Below, piece by piece: positions 29,658 to 39,234 of a stretch of 64,000 nucleotides of DNA. The DNA is taken from positions 124,001 through 188,000 of IMG/VR virus record IMGVR_UViG_3300002835_000007; one strand, given 5' to 3'. Below the pieces are notes generated by a model that was not told where the DNA came from, searched no databases, and saw nothing but the letters and a program-made list of their open reading frames with translations. How positions within the stretch are numbered: position 1 is the stretch's first letter; the number at the start of each line of letters is the position of its first letter. The position numbers were made by a program, and so were the translations under genes.

Positions 29658-30298
29658 ATTAAATTCTTTTCTGAAAATGATTCTAAAATAAGCGGCATTG
29701 ATGTTTGGCTCAAATGCATATGTGAACCTTCCCAATTATCCAAATATTCTGGTTTAGTTATTTTATTTTCACCTATCATTTTATAAAATATTGTTACAAA
29801 TTCAATACCATTTTGGTTACACAATTCTTCTAAGTATCTGTTAAATTCTTCAGTAACTAAGTTTCTTTCTAAACAAGTACCAAATGAAGGTCCGCCAGTA
29901 TATTGTTTTGACTCATGCCATGACGCAATTGGACCCCATGCGATAACTTTAAGACCAGCTTCTTTATATCTTAATAAAACACTAAAATATCTATCAACGC
30001 ATTCTTTAACTATTTCATTAACAGTTTTAGTTTGCGATTCCATTTGTTTAATTAAATGAGCTCTAATATCAACTTCACCAAAACAAAATAAAACATAATC
30101 ATTATCAATATTAACATTATAATTAATTATTTCATCAATTACTGGCATTTTATTTTCAAGTTGGTAAGCGGTTGCTGGCCCAATTCTGTAACTTTTAAAA
30201 AATGGAGTTATGTCATCAGACCTTTGTGGCCATATTGGTTGCATTTCTTCTTTACCACTGAAAACAGCAGAGTGACTATCACCTATACAATGTATCAT
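29654..30298 (-). CDS. SGNH/GDSL hydrolase-like protein
   Basis: CIGDSHS, FGEVDIRAH, DNWEGSHMH. Confidence 0.7.
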   Translation of the reverse strand: MIHCIGDSHSAVFSGKEEMQPIWPQRSDDITPFFKSYRIGPATAYQLENKMPVIDEIINYNVNIDNDYVLFCFGEVDIRAHLIKQMESQTKTVNEIVKECVDRYFSVLLRYKEAGLKVIAWGPIASWHESKQYTGGPSFGTCLERNLVTEEFNRYLEELCNQNGIEFVTIFYKMIGENKITKPEYLDNWEGSHMHLSQTSMPLILESFSEKNLI

Positions 30299-31262
30299 AA
30301 TTCATAATGTTTTTACTTAAATTGTTATAAAAATTAATTTCATCTTGTTCACCATTTTCACCACCAATAGCCCATGGGTTTTGATTAGCATAAACAGTAT
30401 TAAACATAGGGTGAATACCAAATCCATTTTTAACAAATAAAAACTTTTTATTGTTATCCCTTTTGTATTTATTTAACGCTATTTCATCGTATGCGTCCAC
30501 TGTTGGTTGTGATAATATATTAACCCATTCAGATGTTTTTATAAAAAACATACTATTAGTGAAATATGGTGAATGGATTTCAAATAATTCATAATTATTA
30601 TCGGAAGTGAATTTATCAATATTTTTTAAAATATAGTTATTAATTTCCATCTGAGCTTCATATGAAATCCTAAGTGGGTGAATACCTTTTGTAATAGTGT
30701 TTAATGAATTTAAACCTTCGTAAAACTTATTATAATCCCATTCAGTAGCGTTTATTGTAAACTGATTCAAAGGTGTGTAGTCTACATTCCATAAACCATT
30801 TGGCATTGGTCTGTTTAAAAAATGTTTATAAACAATATCTCTAACTGATAAATCATCAATAAAATCATTAATAAAAAAATCACATGATGGAATATTATTA
30901 GACATAGTTGGTGATAAAGTTAATACTTCATCATTGTTTAACATATCAACATTTTCAATTAGGTAATCCCAAACATAATTGTTAATAAAACAATCTTCAT
31001 CTAATTTAACTGAATATTCAGTATCAGTTGAAATAGCAATTCTTATTTTATTTAAGTAATTATGATGTCCGTTAATTACATGTATTGTATATTCAATACC
31101 TAAACTATCACATTTATTAACCCAATCATTGTCATGGGTTGCTAAAACATTTAATTTTAATTTTAGTTTATTTTCTGGTTTTATTTTAGATAAAAAATAG
31201 AACATTAAATTTGAGTAATCTAATCTATTGTGTGATAAATAATTTATAGTTATTGTTTTCAT
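30279..31262 (-). CDS. GT-A-like glycosyltransferase
   Basis: YSVKLDEDCFI DxD motif. Confidence 0.55.
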   Translation of the reverse strand: MKTITINYLSHNRLDYSNLMFYFLSKIKPENKLKLKLNVLATHDNDWVNKCDSLGIEYTIHVINGHHNYLNKIRIAISTDTEYSVKLDEDCFINNYVWDYLIENVDMLNNDEVLTLSPTMSNNIPSCDFFINDFIDDLSVRDIVYKHFLNRPMPNGLWNVDYTPLNQFTINATEWDYNKFYEGLNSLNTITKGIHPLRISYEAQMEINNYILKNIDKFTSDNNYELFEIHSPYFTNSMFFIKTSEWVNILSQPTVDAYDEIALNKYKRDNNKKFLFVKNGFGIHPMFNTVYANQNPWAIGGENGEQDEINFYNNLSKNIMNYDTLYR

Positions 31263-32050
31263 TTCATATAATTTTGTCTAATGAATTGTTTTAATTCACA
31301 ATTTTTATGGTAATTAACTCTTTTAACAGAGAAATAACCTTGATTGAATTTTTCAACAATTTGATTTATTGTAATTACCCAATTATAATTAGGTTTATTT
31401 GATGGGTCGTAAGTACCAAAGTAAGGTGGAAACTCCCATTGTTGTCCGCTAAGTAAAATCATATAAGGTAGAAAAATATTTATCATATCATCATTAGGGT
31501 AATATTCTAAACATTTGTCTAAATGCTGCTTAGCCAATAACATAACTTCTTTTGTTACTGTCATACATTCCCAATTAGCACTCATAGGTAATTCTATATT
31601 ATATTCAAGATATAAATTTTTAGGGTCCCAACGACCATATGGTTGCTGTAATGGAAACCCTACAATAGTTTTGTCTGAGTCTTTTCCGTTATATGATGAA
31701 ACCCAATCTTCAGTATTTAAAAATTGTGCATAATTAACACCTTTTTCAAAGTTAATTCCATTTATAAAGTATTGGTTAGCTGAAACTAAACAGAAGTGTT
31801 CAAAACTATTTATTTCATCTTCACTTATATTTCTAATTAAATCAATCAACGCACCAAAAATAAAGTTAGAATGATTTAAAGGACCAAGCATATGACGCAT
31901 TCTAATTTTAGGGTGGTCTAATGTTGGGTGATTAATCATGAAATCACAATTATCATGGAAATAAGATATGTTATCTATCATATCATCAACATCTTCAATC
32001 GTGTGTGTTGTTGAGTGAGCAAATATTATAAACGCTGTTTTAGATTTCAT
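31259..32050 (-). CDS. Hypothetical protein, possibly glycan-related
   Basis: 263 aa, coupled within the GT cluster. Confidence 0.6.
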   Translation of the reverse strand: MKSKTAFIIFAHSTTHTIEDVDDMIDNISYFHDNCDFMINHPTLDHPKIRMRHMLGPLNHSNFIFGALIDLIRNISEDEINSFEHFCLVSANQYFINGINFEKGVNYAQFLNTEDWVSSYNGKDSDKTIVGFPLQQPYGRWDPKNLYLEYNIELPMSANWECMTVTKEVMLLAKQHLDKCLEYYPNDDMINIFLPYMILLSGQQWEFPPYFGTYDPSNKPNYNWVITINQIVEKFNQGYFSVKRVNYHKNCELKQFIRQNYMK

Positions 32051-33038
32051 TTATAGTTTTAATTAATTCATCAATTCTGTTGTATATTGCTTGTTGCACT
32101 TCAGAATCTAAATTGTTATAATTCAATTTATTTTTAAGTTCAATAAATCTAGGTTCAGAGAAAACATAATGACCACTTATGTTTATGATTTCTTCTTTGT
32201 TATCTTCTGGTATAAAATCAGAGTCAACCCATTTTACCCATCTTTTTGATTCATAACAAATCTCATAAAATTCATCTAGTAATTCTATATGATTAGTTTT
32301 AATTATGTTTAAAATAATTTTTGTTTCTATTTGTCCAAATTCTGGGGCAATATTGATACAGTTTAACCCATTATTAAATTTCGATTTAACTAATTCATTT
32401 GTTAGGTAATCACCATTATGTTCTTTTGAAATCATGCCATGATTTTTGGCAACTTTAACCATTTCAATTAATCTATCTTGATTGAAACTACCAATATTTG
32501 TGTTACCTTTTAATGCTGTTCCAGATTGGATTACAGCGTATTTAATTTGACCATATATGTCTAATGGTAGTAATTCTTTTAAGTCTTCTAAAAGATTGTT
32601 TAATTCTACTTCATTTGTTGGTCTGATTGCTTCTTCAGTTCCAACCTCAAATAACATGTTTGGATTTAATCTATAACCTTTTAAAATAAATTCAACTGTG
32701 GCTAATAACCCATCACGGTATTCTTTATGTTTTTTCCAAACATCAACATGTATAATGTCGAAATATTTGCAATCTTCAATAAAAGAATCCATACCGTCAT
32801 CTTCACTATATCCTTGTGATGGACCAGAATGGTCTCTTACTAATAAGATTTTATTAGATTTGCTTCTTACGTATTCGCAGAAGTCTTTAGTTGTCCAATT
32901 GTTAACATAACCACCATTAAACTCTACTTGTCTTCTAGATGGTATTAATCCAATTTCAACGTTATTTTCATTTGAGTAATTAATAATTGCGTCAACAATA
33001 TTTTTACTCATCGGTCCTATAAATATTTTTGGTTTCAT
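32040..33038 (-). CDS. GatZ/KbaZ-like (tagatose-6-phosphate epimerase/aldolase-like) TIM barrel
   Basis: SRRQV...GGY..W, RDHSGP.QG, IHVD, FEVGTEE, VIQSGT, KEHNGDY. Confidence 0.7.
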   Translation of the reverse strand: MKPKIFIGPMSKNIVDAIINYSNENNVEIGLIPSRRQVEFNGGYVNNWTTKDFCEYVRSKSNKILLVRDHSGPSQGYSEDDGMDSFIEDCKYFDIIHVDVWKKHKEYRDGLLATVEFILKGYRLNPNMLFEVGTEEAIRPTNEVELNNLLEDLKELLPLDIYGQIKYAVIQSGTALKGNTNIGSFNQDRLIEMVKVAKNHGMISKEHNGDYLTNELVKSKFNNGLNCINIAPEFGQIETKIILNIIKTNHIELLDEFYEICYESKRWVKWVDSDFIPEDNKEEIINISGHYVFSEPRFIELKNKLNYNNLDSEVQQAIYNRIDELIKTINEI

Positions 33039-33050
33039 ACACCAAATATA

Positions 33051-34601
33051 TTATTTATAAAACACTTTGTAAAGATTAAAGCGACCAAAATAATATAAAA
33101 ACTCACCCATCTTGTAATCATGTAATGGCGACATGTTTAACCATATGATTGCTGTCAGTGTTTGAACCTTTTTTAAATCTAACCCATTGTCAAAAATCCA
33201 CTTATGTAACTTTTCTCTACAATTAGTTAAAATATCACTTCTTAAAATATCGCATTTAATACCGTTTGATGATTTTTTAACTGAGAATAATTCTTGATGG
33301 ACAATATCGTGATTGAATAATAAATTGTGATTTAATTTAGCTAAATCATAATAGATGTCACCATTTTTTAAATCACCTCCAAAGTCTTGTCTCCAATCTA
33401 ATAACACAAATTCACGATTACCTTTATAAATAATATTATCTAAAATGTAATCACCATGAAATTGATAATAAGTGTCTGAACATAACCAGTTTTCATTTAT
33501 TTCTTTTATCATATCAATAACTGGTGGTACTACCATACCATTGATGGTAATCTCTTCATCACTTATTTTATTATCATTAAATAATTTTTGTAATCGTTCA
33601 TAAGTTTTATCAAAATAAAACTTTTTAGTTATTTCTTTAAAGTCTTCAGACTGACCATGTTTAACCCATAGGTTGTTTTTACTCCAATCTAAAAAATCTT
33701 CAAAAATAATTTCATTTACTGACGTTGCTAATAAATCACCAGCAGCATATTCGTATTTGTAAAAATTATCTTTACTGTCAATCAATTTAGGTGTTAACCC
33801 AGATAGTTGTTTACATCGTTCAACTCTGTTAGCACAAACTGTTTTATTATAGAAAAATTTAATAACGAAATCATTAAATAAAAAGATTGATTCATCTACT
33901 TTATCTAACAATTCAAATTTGTCGTATATAACTTCTCTAGCGTGTTTTAATTCAAATACATTACCTATGTCTAACCAATTGAAATATTCTTTTGTTTCCC
34001 ATTTAATATTCATTCGATTGATTGCGTGACAATCGCTTAATGTTGTATCGCTAGTATCTGCTTCATATTCCTCTTGTAATGAATCCCAAAACAATTTATA
34101 ATCTTTTATACCAGCAAGTCCAATATAAGCAAATTTAGAGGTTAAATCTCCTTTGTCATTTATCATTCTATTAGGAATAAAAGATAAAGTTCTATATTGT
34201 GAATTGTTTTCTTTGAATTGACAAGCCAACCAGTTTTCTGTTGGTTCTTTAATTTCTTCAGTTATTATAGTATCTGCTGCATGAAATATAAATGGACATT
34301 GTAATTCATTTTTAGCTTTTAACATTGAGTAACCAAGAGATGAACCTTCACCTTCATATTTATCAACTTCGATAAATGTAATTTTTCTTTCTGGATAAGC
34401 TAGTGTTAAAAAATCTTTAACTTGTTCTCCAAAATAACCAACAGTTACAACTAATTCAACTTCTTTAGGGTATGCTTCTACGATATATGATATCGCTGGT
34501 TTTTTACCAACTCTAACTAAACATTTATTAGTGTATTTAGTTAAATCACCTAATCTAGAACCAACACCACTAGTGGTTATTAAAACTTTATACTCGACCA
34601 T
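33051..34601 (-). CDS. Nucleotidyltransferase fused to choline/aminoglycoside-kinase-like domain
   Basis: N: LITTSGVGSRLG..TK..NKCLV; C: FHGDYILDNI, LLDWRQDF, YYDLAKL. Confidence 0.8.
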   Translation of the reverse strand: MVEYKVLITTSGVGSRLGDLTKYTNKCLVRVGKKPAISYIVEAYPKEVELVVTVGYFGEQVKDFLTLAYPERKITFIEVDKYEGEGSSLGYSMLKAKNELQCPFIFHAADTIITEEIKEPTENWLACQFKENNSQYRTLSFIPNRMINDKGDLTSKFAYIGLAGIKDYKLFWDSLQEEYEADTSDTTLSDCHAINRMNIKWETKEYFNWLDIGNVFELKHAREVIYDKFELLDKVDESIFLFNDFVIKFFYNKTVCANRVERCKQLSGLTPKLIDSKDNFYKYEYAAGDLLATSVNEIIFEDFLDWSKNNLWVKHGQSEDFKEITKKFYFDKTYERLQKLFNDNKISDEEITINGMVVPPVIDMIKEINENWLCSDTYYQFHGDYILDNIIYKGNREFVLLDWRQDFGGDLKNGDIYYDLAKLNHNLLFNHDIVHQELFSVKKSSNGIKCDILRSDILTNCREKLHKWIFDNGLDLKKVQTLTAIIWLNMSPLHDYKMGEFLYYFGRFNLYKVFYK

Positions 34602-34941
34602 ATTTATCTTCTATTCTAATAACGTCATCTAGAAAATTTGTAGAACTTTCTAAATACAAACTGTCAACGATTGCCGACATTCTATGAACTACAAATGGTT
34701 CAATTGTGTAATACTCACCTTCATTTAAAATCATTTCAGTTAAGGTGTCTTTGTCTGGGCCAATTTCAAATTTAATTTGACCTTTTAAAACATAAAAAGA
34801 TTCATGTTTTTTTTCATGGTACTGTAAGCTGCAACTATTTCCAGCTGTCATGAATAATTCTTTAACTACGTAATTTTCATTAACTTCAATCCATTTTTCC
34901 CATCCCCATGGTTTATCAACTTTTGTAACTTCTTTTTTCAT
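34588..34941 (-). CDS. Cupin (mannose-6-phosphate isomerase type II C-domain-like)
   Basis: KPWGWE, SLQYHEKKHESFYVL.G, VVHRM. Confidence 0.8.
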   Translation of the reverse strand: MKKEVTKVDKPWGWEKWIEVNENYVVKELFMTAGNSCSLQYHEKKHESFYVLKGQIKFEIGPDKDTLTEMILNEGEYYTIEPFVVHRMSAIVDSLYLESSTNFLDDVIRIEDKYGRV

Positions 34942-34942
34942 A

Positions 34943-35302
34943 TTATAAATCTTTTATTGAATTAATACCTTCATTTCTTTTAAGGTTTATGGCTATTGCT
35001 GTGTCATATTCTTTGTCTTTTTTTCTATCATTGACAACGACTCTAATTCCACCTCCTAGACCCATTATCAATTGGTCATAAAAGATACCTAACTCAGCTA
35101 ATTGTTTAACGGTTATATCTCTAACACCTTCACGTCTTCCAGTTGTTAAAATAATGTTATAACCTTTTCTATCCCATTCGGATAACTTTTCTAAAGTACC
35201 ATCTAAAAGTCTAGGTGTTTTAGTAAATTGCTCTGCAATGTTTTCGGAATGCTCAATGAGTGTTCCGTCAATGTCTAAAAAAATTGTTTTTGGTCTATTC
35301 AT
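34943..35302 (-). CDS. HAD-family phosphatase
   Basis: FLDIDGTL, ILTTGR, YDQLIMG, VVNDRK. Confidence 0.8.
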   Translation of the reverse strand: MNRPKTIFLDIDGTLIEHSENIAEQFTKTPRLLDGTLEKLSEWDRKGYNIILTTGRREGVRDITVKQLAELGIFYDQLIMGLGGGIRVVVNDRKKDKEYDTAIAINLKRNEGINSIKDL

Positions 35303-35318
35303 AATTTTATTTTTTTAA

Positions 35319-36011
35319 TTATAATCTGTTTTTGTCAACATGTGAAGCATAAAATTTTTCTACTGGAAATTGCCAATCTGTTTTGTGTGGTGGTAACCCA
35401 GATTTTCCACTAGGGCTTTCGTTAAAAAGTACATCACCAAATAAAGAGCATTGTGTTAAATCATAGCCTTGTTCTTCAAAAAAGAAACCATAACAACCTT
35501 CACAATAACCAGTTTCTGCTTTATTATTTGGTAAAAATTTATTAGCCCCCATTTCTAGCATTCTTTTCATTACTTTATTTTTACAGAAAAAAATAGGACC
35601 ATAACAACCGCTACCTTCATTAAGATAATTATACTCAGATTCTAATGTTATTCTTTCACCCCATGTATTAAAATTACCTAACACTCTGTCAAAATTCATT
35701 AAAGTTACTAAATCACGTTCTTTAAGATAATCTAAATTAGCTTTAACTCTCATTGAATCATGCAAGAAGAAATAAAATTCTTCATTAGGGTATTTGTTGT
35801 AAGCATGCCAATAAGCACCTACCATCCAATTATTATTATTTACGTCTTCAATTATAACATCATATTCTTTTAATATTTCAAAATATGATTTATCGTTTGA
35901 ATCACTATCAACAACAACTATCTTTTCAGTTGGATGATAGGTTCTAATATCTTTAACTAATTGAATAATAAAAGGAAAATTTGGATTATATTTGCATGGT
36001 ATAACAAACAT
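35319..36011 (-). CDS. Putative glycosyltransferase
   Basis: IVVVDSDS, FFLHDS. Confidence 0.55.
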   Translation of the reverse strand: MFVIPCKYNPNFPFIIQLVKDIRTYHPTEKIVVVDSDSNDKSYFEILKEYDVIIEDVNNNNWMVGAYWHAYNKYPNEEFYFFLHDSMRVKANLDYLKERDLVTLMNFDRVLGNFNTWGERITLESEYNYLNEGSGCYGPIFFCKNKVMKRMLEMGANKFLPNNKAETGYCEGCYGFFFEEQGYDLTQCSLFGDVLFNESPSGKSGLPPHKTDWQFPVEKFYASHVDKNRL

Positions 36012-36724
36012 TATAAATAATTTTTTTCTTCATATCTATGTAAATGTCTTTCATAGACGTTTATGTTTGAGTTGTGTGCTGATTTGTTCTCACCGTCAAC
36101 CATCATTAACCAAAATTCAGCATTATGTCTAATTGTTAAAATTGCTTTAGCATCTGCTTTTGAAATTTCATCAATTAATGGTAGTTTTTTAATATGGTTT
36201 GAGTTAGCCCACCAGAAATTACCAGAATAATGTTTTGTTGGTTCTGTAACTAAATCAACACCATATGTGTCATAATTTTCTAATTCTTTTACCGCTTGTT
36301 CATGCTGCTCAACATTAAAGTATAACATGTACTTACGCCAATCAATTATACATTCATTATTAGGCCATGTAACACCTTTTGTATGAACATATAAAATTTT
36401 ATCATTAGTTATTGTGTTTTTACAATGTGTTTCTATTTGTTTCAACGTATAGAACTCACCAATATTAATATCCGATATTTGGTTAATTTTTAGATTCCAA
36501 TTTGTTGGGATGTTTAATTCACCATTACCTACAACACATACATTTATAGAATCTGCTGTGTTAATTAAATTTGTTTTTGTTAATGACTCAAATATTTCAT
36601 TGACAACTTCTTGGTAGTTACCAATAGTTGCAACATGAACAAATACTATTATCTTATCCTTTAACATAACGATATACAGAAATTCCTTTTTTATAAATTG
36701 TTTCGCTAATAAAGTCTTTTTCAT
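36011..36724 (-). CDS. Putative glycosyltransferase-like protein
   Basis: ILYVHTKGVT, HYSGNFWWANS..I..LP, RHNAEFW; start may be 36667. Confidence 0.6.
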   Translation of the reverse strand: MKKTLLAKQFIKKEFLYIVMLKDKIIVFVHVATIGNYQEVVNEIFESLTKTNLINTADSINVCVVGNGELNIPTNWNLKINQISDINIGEFYTLKQIETHCKNTITNDKILYVHTKGVTWPNNECIIDWRKYMLYFNVEQHEQAVKELENYDTYGVDLVTEPTKHYSGNFWWANSNHIKKLPLIDEISKADAKAILTIRHNAEFWLMMVDGENKSAHNSNINVYERHLHRYEEKNYL

Positions 36725-37298
36725 GTTTTAATTCAGTAATTAACCCATTTTTTAATTTTCTATCAAATTCATCTGAACCAACATTAACAACTGTGTCATG
36801 GTAAATTACATAAGCGTTATCATCTAAAAAAGGTAATACTAATTCAGTATCTAATTTAATCCCATGTTCTGTATGGTCACCATCAATAAAAACCATTTGG
36901 AATTTAATATTTAAGCTTTCTAACCACTTTCTTGCTTCTTCTGAATGACTATCACCAAAAAAACTTTTTAATTCACCAGAGTTCTTTAAATGATTAAAAT
37001 TATTATCTCTAGCGTTAGGGTTGCCATCATAACTAATCGATGGATGTACATTTAAATCCATTACATAAACATCTTTAATTTTTAAAAAGTCAGTAAAGAT
37101 TCTAGTGTTCCCACCAGCAGCAACACCTATTTCTAGGAAATTATTAATTTCAGAGTTTTGATAAGTGTTTAAAAACTCTGTTATTTCTTCTGGACATTGT
37201 TGTAATTCATAACCTCCTTTGAAGTTCCCTCCAAATACTTCTACGCTGTCTGAACCAGCGTTTAATACGAAATCTAATATTTCTTCTTTTGTTCTCAT
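36654..37298 (-). CDS. Class I SAM methyltransferase (Methyltransf_24-like)
   Basis: FLEIGVAAGG, GDSHS, VFIDGDHT..G...D, YHD. Confidence 0.85.
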   Translation of the reverse strand: MRTKEEILDFVLNAGSDSVEVFGGNFKGGYELQQCPEEITEFLNTYQNSEINNFLEIGVAAGGNTRIFTDFLKIKDVYVMDLNVHPSISYDGNPNARDNNFNHLKNSGELKSFFGDSHSEEARKWLESLNIKFQMVFIDGDHTEHGIKLDTELVLPFLDDNAYVIYHDTVVNVGSDEFDRKLKNGLITELKHEKDFISETIYKKGISVYRYVKG

Positions 37299-37301
37299 AT
37301 T

Positions 37302-37622
37302 TTAATTTATATATTTATCATTATTTGCTGATGGAGTTTTAACAACAACTGTAACAACATCAGTTATACATTTGAAATCGGTGGATTCATTTGGTTGAAT
37401 GGTTATAATATCATCTTTTACATATTTTACTCCATTCATTTCAACTTCACCTTCAACAATTACAGTGATTTCAGTTGCTATTTTATGGTGGTGTTTTTCT
37501 TCATAATCACCAGTTTTGTATCTTTTAACAGCAACTTCAAAATCTTCAGTTGTGTTTAATGTTGGTTCAAAATTACCAACAAACCAACCTTTAAAAAATT
37601 CGTTTAAATTTGTTATTGTCAT
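37302..37622 (-). CDS. Cupin domain protein
   Basis: KGWFVGNFEP, HHHKIATEITVIVEG. Confidence 0.8.
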   Translation of the reverse strand: MTITNLNEFFKGWFVGNFEPTLNTTEDFEVAVKRYKTGDYEEKHHHKIATEITVIVEGEVEMNGVKYVKDDIITIQPNESTDFKCITDVVTVVVKTPSANNDKYIN

Positions 37623-37623
37623 T

Positions 37624-38373
37624 TTAATAAGTTAATAAAACACCAGTATCTTGAACCATGGTTCTGTTAGCATCGTTCCATTCTTCAAAATCCCATTTGT
37701 TTGTTGTCATATCATCATAAAAACGTCTAACTTCTTTTAATCTAATATCCCAAATATTATCAATAACAATTAACGTTTCTTTATGTGAAAACTTTAATGC
37801 ATGTTCCCAGTCTTTTTTAGCACCTTCATATGAATGGTCGCCATCAATAAAGATTAAATCGTAACCACCTTCTGGTGCTATACTTTCTAAGATATTATGG
37901 TTCATTTCAAACAATTCTTCGTTGGTGTGGTTTAAAAAATCTTTAAAAACAATACCTTCATCTGTCAATTTCCATTCGTCATAATCAGTCTTATATGGAT
38001 ACCAGTACATTGGTTTGATTCGGCTAGGTAAATGTGTAGTTACACCCATACCATCATATCCACCTTTTTTGATATCAAAAGTATGTATTATACCTTCATT
38101 TGGGGTTAAATACGTATCCATACCGTTAGACATCGATATAGTACTATCGTAATGGTATGAACCAATTTCTAATATGCTATTAGGTTTTACCATTCTTACT
38201 AATGTGTTTAAACATGCTCTACAATGTGTTGCACATCCAGCATATTTTGTACCTTGAAGGATACCATTTTCTGGTCCTTTATCAATGTAGTAATCTTTAA
38301 AATTTTCTTTAATAAATTCTATTTTATTCATGTTTTTATTTTTATTTAGTCCCAATGAAATGTACCGATACAA
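37624..38373 (-). CDS. Class I SAM methyltransferase (Methyltransf_24-like)
   Basis: ILEIGSY, YDLIFIDGDHSYEGAKKD, IVIDN; start likely 38331. Confidence 0.85.
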   Translation of the reverse strand: MYRYISLGLNKNKNMNKIEFIKENFKDYYIDKGPENGILQGTKYAGCATHCRACLNTLVRMVKPNSILEIGSYHYDSTISMSNGMDTYLTPNEGIIHTFDIKKGGYDGMGVTTHLPSRIKPMYWYPYKTDYDEWKLTDEGIVFKDFLNHTNEELFEMNHNILESIAPEGGYDLIFIDGDHSYEGAKKDWEHALKFSHKETLIVIDNIWDIRLKEVRRFYDDMTTNKWDFEEWNDANRTMVQDTGVLLTY

Positions 38374-39233
38374 ACATTTGAGTTAGTTATTATATTATTT
38401 TTAATTTCTTCACTTGTCCAATGTAATCTAATTATTTTTTCATTTAATTCATGTAAAATATTAATATAGTTTAAAACATTGTCAGAATTTATGGTTGTTA
38501 TTATGTATTCATAATTGTGGTTTTCTTTATCAAGTAACTCGCTAAATTTAATTTCTTTATCAATCAAAGTATCAATATTTACAAATTCTTTTAAATTATT
38601 AATTAACAAAAAAGTACAATATAATTGATACTCAAAAAATATTTTATTATTTAGAAATAATGTTATATTTTTTGAATACTTTTGTTTTAAAAAAGTTATT
38701 AAACTTTCAACATGATTACGTTCAAAAAACCAATAACTTTTTAAAAAGAACCATTTATTGTTTTCAGTTAAATCAAAAATATCGTTGCATGTTGATGTAA
38801 CATTTCGTTGTAAATCATAATGTATTTTATCAGAATATATTATTGGTTTATTTTTTAAATCATTAAAAATGTCTTCAAAATAAAATTCTTTTAAACATAA
38901 GTTTTCGCTATCAAACACTATATAGTCAGTGTCAACACATGTGTATGCAAATAATTTTTTAATTGACTGTAATGGGTATTTTGTATTGAAGAAACTTTGG
39001 TCGTCATTGTAGTACTCACCATCAACATTAAACATTAATTCTTTTAGAGTTACTATTCTAACATTTAAATGTCTGTATTGATTAACCAACCCACTAAATA
39101 AATCTAGTTCATTAGAAGCAACAATAAAATTAATGGTAACTTTATTTTTATCTAAACAAAATTCATTAAACGAATTTAAAAAATTAACATTGTAATTATA
39201 ATGTTTATTATATGTTGGAATTACTATATTCAT
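38346..39233 (-). CDS. Putative nucleotide-diphospho-sugar transferase
   Basis: IVIPTY, QSIKKL, YIVFDSE. Confidence 0.55.
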   Translation of the reverse strand: MNIVIPTYNKHYNYNVNFLNSFNEFCLDKNKVTINFIVASNELDLFSGLVNQYRHLNVRIVTLKELMFNVDGEYYNDDQSFFNTKYPLQSIKKLFAYTCVDTDYIVFDSENLCLKEFYFEDIFNDLKNKPIIYSDKIHYDLQRNVTSTCNDIFDLTENNKWFFLKSYWFFERNHVESLITFLKQKYSKNITLFLNNKIFFEYQLYCTFLLINNLKEFVNIDTLIDKEIKFSELLDKENHNYEYIITTINSDNVLNYINILHELNEKIIRLHWTSEEIKNNIITNSNVCIGTFHWD

Positions 39234-39234
39234 G

